Shown here piece by piece: positions 28,451 to 38,985 of a stretch of DNA of 64,000 nt (position 1 is its first letter; every line of letters begins with the position of its first letter). A model generated the notes under the pieces. That model was not told the DNA's origin, did not search any database, and saw only the letters and a program-made list of their open reading frames with translations. The stretch is from NCBI GenBank assembly GCA_903840265.1, contig CAIMFH010000187.1, forward strand, positions 12,554 through 76,553, written 5' to 3'. Both the position numbers and the translations under genes were made by a program. This DNA comes from an uncultured Schlesneria sp. Its GTDB lineage: Bacteria; Planctomycetota; Planctomycetia; Planctomycetales; Planctomycetaceae.

Positions 28451-28851
28451 TCCACCCCTTTATGAGAATAAGGAAGGACGAACCCAGCCGTCGCACTTGC
28501 AACGCTCCGCCCAGCATCCAACACCGCGATCGACAAATCGACTCGGCACTGTGCCTCAATCATTTGCACGAGAGCACTTTTAGCCGCGATGCGTCCGCAT
28601 CAAAGAACTCATCTGACTCCCCGCTGGAGACACACTTTTTCCGCGTCTCCATTCAGATGGAGCGATAGCATACGAAGGCAAACCTTAATGACAGATGAAG
28701 TTGTGCCGGATCATTGACAGCCTTCGCTAAGATTGGCCAGTTGGATTCGATGTGACGTGGTCGACCGCGAGGCGACTTAGGCCGCAGATCACCCGTCTAC
28801 TTTCGCTAATCACCAAGGTTTCACAAGATGATCGCAGAAGGACCGAAGGAT

Positions 28852-29505
28852 ATGCGAGTTTTGATTGTCGAGGATGAACCAGATCTGCAGCGAGTTGTCT
28901 GGACTTGCCTGCAGGAAGAAGGGTACGTCGTCGATGCCGCCAGCGATGGGGAAGAGGGACTGTATAAGGCCGCAAACTGGGACTATGACGTGATTGTCCT
29001 GGATGTGATGTTGCCCAAACTCGACGGCTGGCAGGTGCTGGCCCGGCTGCGAAAACTCAAGGCGACTCCGGTGTTGATGCTGACCGCACGCGACACCGTC
29101 CACGACCGGGTTAAAGGCCTCGATGCAGGCGCTGATGACTATCTAGTCAAACCATTTCAGTTGGCGGAACTGCTGGCTCGTCTGCGAGCGCTCATCCGAC
29201 GGGCGGCGGGTCAGTCCCAGCCGGTCATCGAAATCGGCGACACCCACATCGACACCGTGTCTCGTACGGTCACCCGAATTGGGTCGCTGATCCCGCTAAC
29301 CGCCATGGAATATTCGCTGGTCGAACTGCTGGCGTTGCATCGCGGAAAACTGGTCACGCGATCGATGATTTATGACAAGCTGTACGACGAAGATGATGAT
29401 ACACTTTCGAACCTTGTCGACGTTCACGTCTCAAACATCCGCCGCAAATTGGGTCACGAGTTCATCACCACTCGTCGCGGTCAAGGGTACATGATTAATG
29501 ATTAA
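28852..29505 (+). CDS. OmpR-family response regulator
   Basis: MRVLIVEDE, VLDVMLP, LMLTARD, GADDYLVKPF and a winged-helix C-terminus (TRRGQGY). Confidence 0.95.
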   Translation: MRVLIVEDEPDLQRVVWTCLQEEGYVVDAASDGEEGLYKAANWDYDVIVLDVMLPKLDGWQVLARLRKLKATPVLMLTARDTVHDRVKGLDAGADDYLVKPFQLAELLARLRALIRRAAGQSQPVIEIGDTHIDTVSRTVTRIGSLIPLTAMEYSLVELLALHRGKLVTRSMIYDKLYDEDDDTLSNLVDVHVSNIRRKLGHEFITTRRGQGYMIND

Positions 29506-31309
29506 GTCGCTTCGCTGGCGTCTGCAGTTGTGGCACGCGCTGCTGCTGACGACCGTGCTGATTATTTTCGGCGGGGTCGTGTATGCATTGCAGTGGCAAA
29601 CTCGATTGCAGCAGGCCGACGCGGAACTCGATCGAGTTGCGTCGGTGCTGACATCACGCCTGCGAGGCTTATTTCCAGTCCCTCGATCACCGAACCCCGG
29701 ACCTTGGCGACCACCCAGCCGTGGGCCGGGATCTTCGCGCCCACCCGAGCAGACCGAGGATCGGGGAAGTCCGCTGATTGCCGACGCGCTGTTGCCGGCA
29801 AACGTTCCGCTCCCGGTGCCACCCCCCTGGCTGATTGCCCGTCCTCGCGATGATGATCAGAACGACGCACGCCGCCGCGAAAGCCGTGGTCAGCAGCGAG
29901 GCGGATCACGCGAAGAGGGGAATCGCGGGGGACGAAATGATCAAGCGCGGGATGGTCAGAGGAGTAATGCACCCGAGCCATCACGAGACGGAGCGAATAA
30001 TGGACCGCGGGATCCTCGCGATCCGTCACGTTGGTTCAGCCCAGCCCCTGGCTTAGGACTGCCTGAAGAGTTCACTCATCTGTTTGAGGGCGACGAGCAC
30101 AGCTTCTACTTCATTATCTGGGACAAGAACGGAACAGTCCTGGAGAAATCAAAATCGGTCGAGGACATTCCATTCCCGGATCTTCACACGCAAGCCGATG
30201 GACTTCCCGTCCGACAAGCTCGGATGCGCGACATGCAGCGGGAGGTGATTCACGTTTCGCGTTTCGACATTAACGTCCTGGTGGGGAGATCGCTGATTCC
30301 AGACCTCGCCGCGTTGCACCGAACCGCCTTCCGCCTGGTCCTGACCGGCCTGGGAGTGTTGTCAATCGGCCTGGCCGGGGGTTGGTGGTTTTCCTCGCGC
30401 GCCATTCGCCCGATTGCAGAAATGTCTGCGATTGCGGAATCGATTTCAGTCAAAAATCTGTCGACTCGTATCAATGTGAGCTCGACGGCGACGGAGCTTG
30501 AGCAACTGGGGACAGTGCTGAACCGGACGTTCGATCGATTGCAGTCGGCCTTTGAGCGACAGGGCCAATTCACGGCTGACGCGTCGCATGAGTTGCGGAC
30601 GCCGGTGGCGGTGATCTTGTCACATGCGGAGTTGGCCCTGTCACGGCCGCGAGCCGTGGGCGACTACCAGAACACGATCCAAGCCTGTCGGCGTGCAGCT
30701 TTGCGCATGAAAACGTTGATCGATTCATTGCTCCTGCTGGCTCGCTTCGATTCCGGCGAACCCGAAATTGAGTTGCGACCTGTCGAACTCGATCGACTGG
30801 TGGTGGATGCTGTCGAGATGCTGCAGCCACTGGCCGATGAGCGACATGTCAAACTGAGTTGCCGGGCCGAGCCAATGACGATTGATGCCGACCACGATCG
30901 ACTCTTCCAAGTCCTCACGAATTTGCTGAGTAATGCCATCCGGTATAACAAACCCGATGGTCGTGTCGATGTGGACGTGACCAGCGATGAACATTCGGCG
31001 ATCATTCGCGTGGTCGATACTGGAGTGGGCATTCCTGCCGACGAATTGCAGCACGTGTTCAATCGCTTTTACCGAGTCGACAAGGCGCGGACGACAGCGG
31101 AAGGAGGCTGCGGTTTGGGCTTGTCGATCTGTCAGACGATCGTCGACGCTCACCATGGATCGATCAACGCGTTCAGCGAACTGAACGTTGGCACAACAAT
31201 CGAAGTTCGACTGCCGCTGGTACAGATCTCGCCCGAGCCTGGCGTTCAATCCGATGCGAGTGACAACGTAGACACGGCGACGAGCCTGACGGCTGCATCG
31301 GGGCGATAG
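29498..31309 (+). CDS. Sensor histidine kinase (HAMP-HisKA-HATPase)
   Basis: Two TMs, FTADASHELRTPV H-box, NLLSNAIRYN, DTGVGI and GCGLGLSI. Confidence 0.95.
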   Translation: MIKSLRWRLQLWHALLLTTVLIIFGGVVYALQWQTRLQQADAELDRVASVLTSRLRGLFPVPRSPNPGPWRPPSRGPGSSRPPEQTEDRGSPLIADALLPANVPLPVPPPWLIARPRDDDQNDARRRESRGQQRGGSREEGNRGGRNDQARDGQRSNAPEPSRDGANNGPRDPRDPSRWFSPAPGLGLPEEFTHLFEGDEHSFYFIIWDKNGTVLEKSKSVEDIPFPDLHTQADGLPVRQARMRDMQREVIHVSRFDINVLVGRSLIPDLAALHRTAFRLVLTGLGVLSIGLAGGWWFSSRAIRPIAEMSAIAESISVKNLSTRINVSSTATELEQLGTVLNRTFDRLQSAFERQGQFTADASHELRTPVAVILSHAELALSRPRAVGDYQNTIQACRRAALRMKTLIDSLLLLARFDSGEPEIELRPVELDRLVVDAVEMLQPLADERHVKLSCRAEPMTIDADHDRLFQVLTNLLSNAIRYNKPDGRVDVDVTSDEHSAIIRVVDTGVGIPADELQHVFNRFYRVDKARTTAEGGCGLGLSICQTIVDAHHGSINAFSELNVGTTIEVRLPLVQISPEPGVQSDASDNVDTATSLTAASGR

Positions 31310-31313
31310 GCGT

Positions 31314-32234
31314 TCAGAACCGCAGTCCCAATCCGGCAACGGGTCCGTGAAAATTCGTCGATCCAATCTGAAAATAATCGTATCCGGCAAAGGCTTCGAC
31401 AGGCCCCAGCATCACGCCAGCGGTAGTGCGGTTGTGGAACAGCGTCCCGCGGCCAATTGATCCCACATCAAAGACGGTCGAGATCGTCCATGGCTTGCGG
31501 GGAAACCATTCCAGGCCGTAGGTAAAGTTCATCCCCGCGTCGGTACCGACGCGATCGGACAACCAATTGATCCCGAGACCGGCTCGCATTTGCGCATGTT
31601 CGCTTTGTGCAAACCGAAAGATCAGATTGGCGTCGCCAGTCCACAAGTGATCGGAACCTGCGGACGAAGACTCCATCCAGTAGTTGGATTCGGTATCGAT
31701 TCCCAACCGACTGGCCGAATCCAGAACTAACCGGCCGCCGTAACGATTGAGATCCGAAGTCTCAGGAATGGCGAAGAACTGCAGATTTGCGGCCCAATCC
31801 CTGGTTGTTTCCTGATAGGGAGTGGTGAGAACCAGTGAGCCCGGCAGATCGTCGGCATAAGGATAAGCGGGAAATCGCGTTTCGATCTCGTACTGATCAC
31901 CGAGCACTGCGATGGGAACGGTGAAGGGAGCGGCGAGCGCGGCCAAAAGCGCCTGGCCGGACAGGTCGCCAAACAGGCTGCTGCTGGAATCGCAGGTGCA
32001 GGGTGAGGCGTTGCAGCGAGTGCAGGACGATCCGGAGTGACGCTCGCGCTTCTCGTGTTTCTCTTTTTTGGGCTTCGATTCGCGCGCGGCGCTGCCAAGT
32101 TCGCTGAGGTGATCGCTTTCGGCTCGTATCGAGAATGGAAAGTCCGCGGCGGCGACCGGGGATGTGGCAGACGCGACACCGCATCCCAATACTGACAGGG
32201 CGAGCAAGATCCGTCGGTAGAAGTCGTGGCCCAC
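31314..32234 (-). CDS. Hypothetical outer-membrane beta-barrel-like protein
   Basis: Signal peptide, alternating beta-strand pattern in the C-half and terminal GLGLRF. Confidence 0.7.
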   Translation of the reverse strand: MGHDFYRRILLALSVLGCGVASATSPVAAADFPFSIRAESDHLSELGSAARESKPKKEKHEKRERHSGSSCTRCNASPCTCDSSSSLFGDLSGQALLAALAAPFTVPIAVLGDQYEIETRFPAYPYADDLPGSLVLTTPYQETTRDWAANLQFFAIPETSDLNRYGGRLVLDSASRLGIDTESNYWMESSSAGSDHLWTGDANLIFRFAQSEHAQMRAGLGINWLSDRVGTDAGMNFTYGLEWFPRKPWTISTVFDVGSIGRGTLFHNRTTAGVMLGPVEAFAGYDYFQIGSTNFHGPVAGLGLRF

Positions 32235-32308
32235 GATTCGCTTCCGATTAAACTTAGTGCATCGTCAAACCAGTAGTCTGGAATTACCTTGTCAGCGATA
32301 ATGAAGAC

Positions 32309-32333
32309 CCAATCTCTTGGCGAGATTGGCTGC
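32309..32333 (-). repeat. REP-like palindrome, copy 1
   Basis: CCAATCTCTTGGCGAGATTGGCTGC. Its reverse complement matches 63046-63072. Confidence 0.7.
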
Positions 32334-32350
32334 GTAGGATCGAGAGATCG

Positions 32351-33523
32351 CTATTTGCGGATGACGACTTCAGATCCCTTGACCAGAAAGTCATAGACTT
32401 CGATCACGTCTTTGTCGCGCATGCGAATGCATCCTCGAGACGCGGCTTTTCCGATCGAATCTGGTTCAATAGTACCGTGAATCCCATAGCTATCCCCGAG
32501 GTCGATCCAGCGTTCGCCAAGCGGATTGGAGGGATCATCGGCCGAGATCACTTTGCCATCGGGGCCGGTGTACTGCGGATTGTCGACTTTGTTCTGCACG
32601 GCAAACTTGCCAATCGGCGAAGCTCCGTCTTTGCCAATACCAACTTGATAGCGTCGGACGTAGTAGCCTTGCAGATGAATCGTCAGGGCATAGTTGCTGA
32701 GGTCTACGACGCCTGCAAACGGTCCCTTCAAGACTTTCAATTTCTGTCCGAGTTGGATTCGCTTCGGCTCGGTGCGATTGAGCTTGGCGAGATACTCCCA
32801 CGTGAGTTGGTACTTGTTGGCAATCACGCGCAACTGGTCGTTTGGCTGAACGACATAGGGCTCAATCAGATGGGGCCGTGGCTCGAAGAAGATGGTCCGC
32901 GAGGTCTGTTCCAGCCGCTGCAGCAACTCGCCACGAGCTTCTTCGTGATTCCAGTACAACTTCGATAGAGCGCGGTGCGCAGGCAGGATTTCATCATTGG
33001 CGATCTGTTCATCGATCGCTTTCAATTCGTCCGCCAAGGGAACAGAGGCAGATCGTGAGGGCTCGAGATTCGACCCTGCAGGCTCTTCCGCGGCAGCCAG
33101 TTTGATGTCGCGATTAAAACGACGGGGGGGTTCGGCCAATTTCTGCGGTGGTCGAGTTTCTGCGACCCAGTCGAGTTTATTGGGTTCTCGGGGCGTTTCG
33201 GCTTCGATTGGCCCTGGGTCAGGGACAACGCGACTGGCAACGGTGGCTCGCCCCGGTTGCTCGCCCTGTTCCCATTCCGCTTTTGGCTCGGCCGCAACGG
33301 GAGCGGTGGCCTGCGAGGCGAATAGGTCGGGATCGTCGGCGGGCTCGACCGGAACCTGTGGCGGCTGTCCGAGTTCGGCGGAATCATCGCGATCGCCACT
33401 GAGAATGCCCGTGTTAGCAGCCCCGAGTTCGACGGGAATCCAGCCATTTTTCCAGGCCAAACCAATTCCCATTCCCACGCCAAACACAAGCACGGCCAGG
33501 AAAGAAGATTTGAAAAACTGCAT
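32351..33523 (-). CDS. L,D-transpeptidase (YkuD) with LysM domain
   Basis: YVVQPNDQLRVIANKY..LNR..IQLGQKLKV (LysM), then YGIHGT..ASRGCIRM (YkuD His/Cys). Confidence 0.92.
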   Translation of the reverse strand: MQFFKSSFLAVLVFGVGMGIGLAWKNGWIPVELGAANTGILSGDRDDSAELGQPPQVPVEPADDPDLFASQATAPVAAEPKAEWEQGEQPGRATVASRVVPDPGPIEAETPREPNKLDWVAETRPPQKLAEPPRRFNRDIKLAAAEEPAGSNLEPSRSASVPLADELKAIDEQIANDEILPAHRALSKLYWNHEEARGELLQRLEQTSRTIFFEPRPHLIEPYVVQPNDQLRVIANKYQLTWEYLAKLNRTEPKRIQLGQKLKVLKGPFAGVVDLSNYALTIHLQGYYVRRYQVGIGKDGASPIGKFAVQNKVDNPQYTGPDGKVISADDPSNPLGERWIDLGDSYGIHGTIEPDSIGKAASRGCIRMRDKDVIEVYDFLVKGSEVVIRK

Positions 33524-33791
33524 ATCAGTCGTCCATGACAGATACGAAAAATTAACATCGGCACTTTCGGCTTGTATCAAAACGTCCAAAACGCTGCTAC
33601 GCGAAATTCAGCCCCGCCTTACGATGCAATGTGGGATCAAAAATGGGTGATTTCACGCACCCGCTTGGCACATCTCTTTCAGCCGATGCTGGTTACCTAT
33701 AGAATCCAGTGTCTGATCGCAGGCTTCGTCAACGGAGGCAACTGCTTGCGACGTTCTCATCTGCCCCGACAGCTTCCCGCCTGATTGCTCC

Positions 33792-35597
33792 ATGTTCGAT
33801 CAACGCTACATCCGCAACTTTTCGATCATCGCACACATCGACCACGGCAAGAGCACCCTCGCGGACCAGCTGCTCTTGAAAAGTGGGGCGATTACTCAAC
33901 GCGAGTTCCGTGAGCAAATTCTGGACGACCTGAAAGTCGAACGCGAACGCGGGATCACGGTGAAGGCCCGCGCCGTGGCAATCAACTACACGGTCGATGG
34001 CCAGACTTACGAACTAAATCTGATCGATACGCCGGGCCACGTCGACTTCCACTATGAAGTCTCGCGCAGCCTGGCCGCGTGTGAAGGGGCGTTGCTGCTG
34101 GTTGATGCCTTCCAGGGTGTGCAGGCCCAGACGGTGGCGAACGCTTACGCGGCGATCAATGCCAACCTGGAAATCATTCCCGCTCTGAACAAGATCGACC
34201 TGCCGGTCACGCGCGTTGACGAAGTGCTGGAGGAAATCGAGACGGTCGTCGGACTGGATACCGAAGATTGCCTGCGAGTCAGTGGCAAAGCGGGTATCGG
34301 TATCGATGATGTCTTCGCCGCGATCATCAAACGGATCCCGGCGCCGGGCGGTAAGCCAACTGATCCGTTGCAAGCACTCGTCTTCGACAGCAAGTACGAT
34401 CACTATCGGGGTGTGGTGACCTACATCCGAATCAAAGCGGGATCGCTGCGCAAAGGCCAGAAGGTCTACTTCATGAAAGCCGGAACGGCTCATGAAGTGC
34501 TGGAACTTGGACAGTTCCGCCCGAACATGGTCCCATGCGAAGATATGGGTCCTGGGCAAGTCGGTTACATCGTCACCGGGATCAAGGTCCTGGGGAACGT
34601 ACACGTCGGGGATACTGTCACCGACTTTCACAATCGAGCTCCGGCGCCATTACCAGGCTACGAGATTCCGCAGCAGATGGTGTTCTGCGGGATGTACCCG
34701 ATCGATGCGACCGACTTTGAAAAGCTGCGAGAAGAGTTGCAGAAGATGAGCCTGAACGACGCGAGCTTCTCGTTCGCGCCAGACACATCGGAAGCACTTG
34801 GTTTCGGATTCCGCTGCGGGTTCCTGGGCATGCTGCACATGGAGATCATCCAGCAGCGCCTCGAGCAGGAAGCGGACGTCGATCTGATTCAGACCGCGCC
34901 GAACGTGACTTATGAACTGCTGCTGCGCGACGGCACGACGATCCTGATCGACAACCCTCAGCAGGTTCCCGACACCGGTAATATCGAAGAGTTTCGCGAA
35001 CCGATTGCCAAGGTGCAGTTCATCCTGCCGACCGATCGCATCGGTTCGATCATGAAATTGTCGGCCGACCGTCGCGGCGTCTACAAGACGACTGAGTACC
35101 TCGGTCCGAATCGAGCTCAGCTCGTTTATGAATTGCCGCTGGCCGAAATTGTCTTCGACATGTACGACAAGCTGAAAAGCATCACGGCTGGCTATGGCAC
35201 GATGAACTATGAAGTCATCGGGTACCGAGCTGCTGACCTCGTGAAGATGGATATTATGGTGAAGGGCGAGAAGGTCGACGCTCTGGCCTGTATCGTTCAC
35301 CGCTCGCAGGCCGAACGTCGTGGTCGACAGCTTTGTAAGAAGTTGAAAGAACAGATCTCGCGACATCAGTTCGAGATCCCGATCCAGGCCGCGCTCAGTG
35401 CTCGGATTATTGCTCGCGAAACGATTTCCGCCGTCCGTAAAGACGTGACTGCCAAATGCTACGGCGGTGACATCAGCCGAAAACGCAAGCTGCTGGAAAA
35501 GCAAAAAGAAGGCAAGAAGCGGATGAAGCAGTTCGGTCAGGTCGAAATTCCGCAGAAGGCGTTCCTGGCTGTGTTGGATACCGGCGACGAAGATTAG
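33792..35597 (+). CDS. lepA: Elongation factor 4
   Basis: IRNFSIIAHIDHGKSTLAD, DTPGHVDF, GFRCGFLGMLH and KCYGGDISRKRKLLEKQKEGKKRMK. Confidence 0.98.
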   Translation: MFDQRYIRNFSIIAHIDHGKSTLADQLLLKSGAITQREFREQILDDLKVERERGITVKARAVAINYTVDGQTYELNLIDTPGHVDFHYEVSRSLAACEGALLLVDAFQGVQAQTVANAYAAINANLEIIPALNKIDLPVTRVDEVLEEIETVVGLDTEDCLRVSGKAGIGIDDVFAAIIKRIPAPGGKPTDPLQALVFDSKYDHYRGVVTYIRIKAGSLRKGQKVYFMKAGTAHEVLELGQFRPNMVPCEDMGPGQVGYIVTGIKVLGNVHVGDTVTDFHNRAPAPLPGYEIPQQMVFCGMYPIDATDFEKLREELQKMSLNDASFSFAPDTSEALGFGFRCGFLGMLHMEIIQQRLEQEADVDLIQTAPNVTYELLLRDGTTILIDNPQQVPDTGNIEEFREPIAKVQFILPTDRIGSIMKLSADRRGVYKTTEYLGPNRAQLVYELPLAEIVFDMYDKLKSITAGYGTMNYEVIGYRAADLVKMDIMVKGEKVDALACIVHRSQAERRGRQLCKKLKEQISRHQFEIPIQAALSARIIARETISAVRKDVTAKCYGGDISRKRKLLEKQKEGKKRMKQFGQVEIPQKAFLAVLDTGDED

Positions 35598-35654
35598 TTT
35601 TTCGGGTTCCACAGGCAGCCGCTTTGAGCAGCCAGTGTCTTCCCGATCAAGGAC

Positions 35655-36806
35655 TTGCTTGTGCCTGTCGATGCGCTTGCTCACCGGCGCGAACTTACTG
35701 ACGCGGTGAAGGCTTCTGCTCGGCAAGTGGGCTTCAATCTCGTCGGCATCGCGCCTGCCATTTCACCAGCGGGGTTCCCCAAGCTGCAGGAATGGCTGCG
35801 GGCCGGATTCGCCGGCGAGATGCAATACATGCCGCGACGCGAGGCCGCGTACGAGCATCCTCGCAACGTGTCGGCGTCGGTCCGCAGCGTCGTCATGCTG
35901 GGGATCAACTATCGGACCGAAGAACCGGCCCCGCCCCCGGCGAACGCTGGCCGAGTTGCCCGCTATGCGTGGGGGACCGCCGATTATCACGACCTGTTGC
36001 GGGACAAGTTGAAGGAACTCGCGAACGAACTTCACAGGTTGCACCCGGGATGCACGACGCGCGGCGTGGTCGATACAGCTCCGTTATTGGAGCGCGACTT
36101 CGCTCGTCTGGCGGGATTGGGCTGGTTCGGCAAGAACACCATGCTGATCAACAAGCAAGCGGGAAGCTGGCTCTTGCTGGCAGCGTTGTTAACTGACTTG
36201 GACTTGATCGAGGATGCCCCTCATTCCACGTCGCACTGTGGGACCTGCACGCGATGTCTGGAAGTTTGTCCTACGGATGCATTCGCAGGGCCGCATGTTC
36301 TGGACGCGAGAAAATGTATTTCGTATCTGACGATTGAGTTGAAGGGCCCCATCCCGACAGAGTTGCGAACCGGGATCGGGGAATGGATGTTCGGCTGCGA
36401 CCTGTGTCAGGACGTTTGTCCGTGGAACAAGAAGGCTCCGACAAGTTCGGCAGCGGCCTTTCAACCGCAGGCTGACCTCAATCCGGCCGACTGCATCACA
36501 ATCTTAGAAATGACGCGTGGGCAGTTTGACGCACGGTTTGCGAAGACTCCGCTAGAACGTCCCGGATACGAAGGCTTGCGCCGGAATGCGGCGATTGTCC
36601 TTGGTAACCGTGGCGATCAGGCGGCGGTTGCGCCGCTGATCAAAGCGCTGGACGACGATTCGGCAGTGGTTCGCGGAACGGCCGCCTGGTCGTTGGGTCA
36701 GCTCGGTGGCGAACCGGCAGTGGCGGCATTGAAGGCGCGCCTGGAAGTAGAAACAGAACCGGGCGTGCTTGCCGAATTGCGGCAAGCCATCGCCCGGTCA
36801 ACGTGA
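35655..36806 (+). CDS. queG: Epoxyqueuosine reductase
   Basis: RYAWGTADYH, DTAPLLERDFA, CGTCTRCLEVCPT, GCDLCQDVCPWN and C-terminal HEAT repeat. Confidence 0.95.
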   Translation: MLVPVDALAHRRELTDAVKASARQVGFNLVGIAPAISPAGFPKLQEWLRAGFAGEMQYMPRREAAYEHPRNVSASVRSVVMLGINYRTEEPAPPPANAGRVARYAWGTADYHDLLRDKLKELANELHRLHPGCTTRGVVDTAPLLERDFARLAGLGWFGKNTMLINKQAGSWLLLAALLTDLDLIEDAPHSTSHCGTCTRCLEVCPTDAFAGPHVLDARKCISYLTIELKGPIPTELRTGIGEWMFGCDLCQDVCPWNKKAPTSSAAAFQPQADLNPADCITILEMTRGQFDARFAKTPLERPGYEGLRRNAAIVLGNRGDQAAVAPLIKALDDDSAVVRGTAAWSLGQLGGEPAVAALKARLEVETEPGVLAELRQAIARST

Positions 36807-36809
36807 CTG

Positions 36810-37451
36810 CTAACGGATCGATTCAATCATCTTCACAGCGGCCTCTTCGTCGTAGCTGTCTTCAGGCACGGAGAGCTTCAGGAACGTCGTCACGCCTGCG
36901 TCACCGAATTCGCCTTCAACAACTCGGTATTTTTCCTTCGACTCTTCGTCGACGGCATCCGAGAAGCGGAACGGAACTTGTTTCCCGCGGACAGGGAATT
37001 CTTTGATCTCCGTTTCGCCAATCGTCAGTTTCTTCGATTTATTGTCGCTGCCAGAGAAATCAGGCTTTTGACTTTGATCAGGTTTGCCCATTTTCACCTG
37101 AAAGTTGCCGAGCATCAGATCGCCCTTGCCCTCGGGGTGTCGGTACGTCGCCATCCGCATGGTCATCATGAAGTTATTCATGCTGATCGCATTCTCGGCC
37201 ACGAATCCTTCTGGAATGTCGAGATCCAGAATCTCTTTGCTGATCGCCGCCACTTCGGCTGGCTGCGTCGCGATCTTCGGCCAGAACGAATATGCGAAGA
37301 AGCCGATCCCGCCGCCGCAGACCAGCATCAGCAGGAACATCAACCCGCCGACGATCAGAATCACCTTCCCGCAGCCAGAACCCTTTTTAGCCGGGGTCGG
37401 CGATTGAGCGTTGGGATTTTCCGGCCAAGTGTCTTGTCCCGTCATTGTCAC
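36810..37451 (-). CDS. Hypothetical single-TM protein
   Basis: KKGSGCGKVILIV..CGGGIGF anchor followed by a soluble domain. Confidence 0.75.
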   Translation of the reverse strand: MTMTGQDTWPENPNAQSPTPAKKGSGCGKVILIVGGLMFLLMLVCGGGIGFFAYSFWPKIATQPAEVAAISKEILDLDIPEGFVAENAISMNNFMMTMRMATYRHPEGKGDLMLGNFQVKMGKPDQSQKPDFSGSDNKSKKLTIGETEIKEFPVRGKQVPFRFSDAVDEESKEKYRVVEGEFGDAGVTTFLKLSVPEDSYDEEAAVKMIESIR

Positions 37452-37528
37452 TGTCCTCAGGTCGATGGAAAATGTCGCGAGCAGATTAAATTAACATTCA
37501 GCAAGCTGCGAGGGCGGAGAAATCCGAA

Positions 37529-38749
37529 TCATTTTTTCGGTTTCGGTTTCTTCATCTCGTCCTCATCCATCGATTCGCTCAGACCGGGTTTCTCGGCGTC
37601 GTCCACAGACTCGGTCTTTTTCGATTTCTTCTTGTCGTTCGGCTTGGGCTCTTCTTTCACAACGACTTTCATTTCGCCCGTGACCTTTACGCCATATTTC
37701 CCGAGGAAGGTCGCTTTGCCTGCTTTGTCTTTGTTACCGGCCAACTCAAAGGATTGGATTCCCGGCGGCAACAGGAAGTACAACCCGCCGTCACCATCTT
37801 CATAGACGCAGCGGTAGATCGTCTGACCAGAGACAGCAACGACTTGATGCCCCAGCCCACGGACCAAGGCAGGCAGCGCCAGTGAATTTCTGAAATCGTT
37901 CAGGGCGTTCGGCCCGACCTTTTTCTCTTTCACGCGTTGATATTCGCTGGCGAAAAGCGTCGCCGCGGCCTCGACCTCAGCTTCGCGCATCTGCTCCAGA
38001 TTCACAGCGTTGGTCCTTCGATACTGGGCTAAAGCGGGATCGCTTTGCGTATCGACCCGGTAGAACGAGGTCTGTGGGCCCGCGTTGACACTTACGGTCA
38101 CAGCTCGCTTGGTGGCGCTAATCTGCACCTGCATCAAAGCACTTGGGATGCGAACGGAGGACTTCTCCAGCCCTTCCAGTACGGCTTTCATTTCATCCGG
38201 CGATTGCCGAAACAGGGAAGTCGGGATTTCGACCGATGGAAGTTCTAGAGTCGGTGCGGATTCCGCAGTTAGTTCGCCAACTAACTTCTCGGCTTGGAAC
38301 CGCTGCCAGTAAGACCAGCCGATGAGCCCGCAAATGAGCAGACCGATCGCGACTGGAATCAACCACATCGGGACGCTTGATTGACCTCTCGCTTTCCGGC
38401 CGACGGAGCCGCGTGAGATGGGTCGCGAAGTCACCTCGGGCAATTGCCCCAGCTTCTGATCCGGCTGCGACTCAAAATCCATCGGATTCGCGGCGTCGAA
38501 TGCTGGCTCGGCTTCTTCGAAGATCACCGCATCGGGGTCGCGAGCCGGTGCGGATGCCGTTGCCACCGGCTCGGGGCTCGGAAACAATCCTTCCAGTTCG
38601 GGAGCAGGGGGCTTGGGCTCGGTCCGCGTCGATGTCTTTGGAACCGTAAGTCGCCTGCTACAACGAGGGCACTTGCCCTTGCCGCCAGCAGCATTCTCGG
38701 GAACGCGAATAATCGCATCACAGCCTGGGCAGTTGAATTCGATAGGCAT
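37529..38749 (-). CDS. Hypothetical protein with N-terminal zinc ribbon and single TM
   Basis: MPIEFNCPGC..GKGKCPRC, Pro-rich linker, TM and Lys-rich tail. Confidence 0.8.
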   Translation of the reverse strand: MPIEFNCPGCDAIIRVPENAAGGKGKCPRCSRRLTVPKTSTRTEPKPPAPELEGLFPSPEPVATASAPARDPDAVIFEEAEPAFDAANPMDFESQPDQKLGQLPEVTSRPISRGSVGRKARGQSSVPMWLIPVAIGLLICGLIGWSYWQRFQAEKLVGELTAESAPTLELPSVEIPTSLFRQSPDEMKAVLEGLEKSSVRIPSALMQVQISATKRAVTVSVNAGPQTSFYRVDTQSDPALAQYRRTNAVNLEQMREAEVEAAATLFASEYQRVKEKKVGPNALNDFRNSLALPALVRGLGHQVVAVSGQTIYRCVYEDGDGGLYFLLPPGIQSFELAGNKDKAGKATFLGKYGVKVTGEMKVVVKEEPKPNDKKKSKKTESVDDAEKPGLSESMDEDEMKKPKPKK

Positions 38750-38985
38750 ACAAGCAACAAAGTCATGGGTGAAGGAGCGGAGACGGCGGTACTGTAGTCT
38801 GCTCACTTTACTTGATCTCGGTATTGCCGTCACGCGCGACGGATCACCGAACGAGGGAACAATTCAGACGTTGCGGTTTCTGTCGCTGGCAACGGCGTTC
38901 CGAGTAGCATAGGCGGCCGATAAGTATTCCGGCGAGCGGGGACTTTTCCAGACGAGAGTTTCAACGTCACATCGAGGGCGTACTG

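Noticed and set aside
33666-33682. Sigma54-like TGGCAC upstream of lepA
   Set aside because: The -12 box reads TTTC rather than TTGC and no enhancer is evident.
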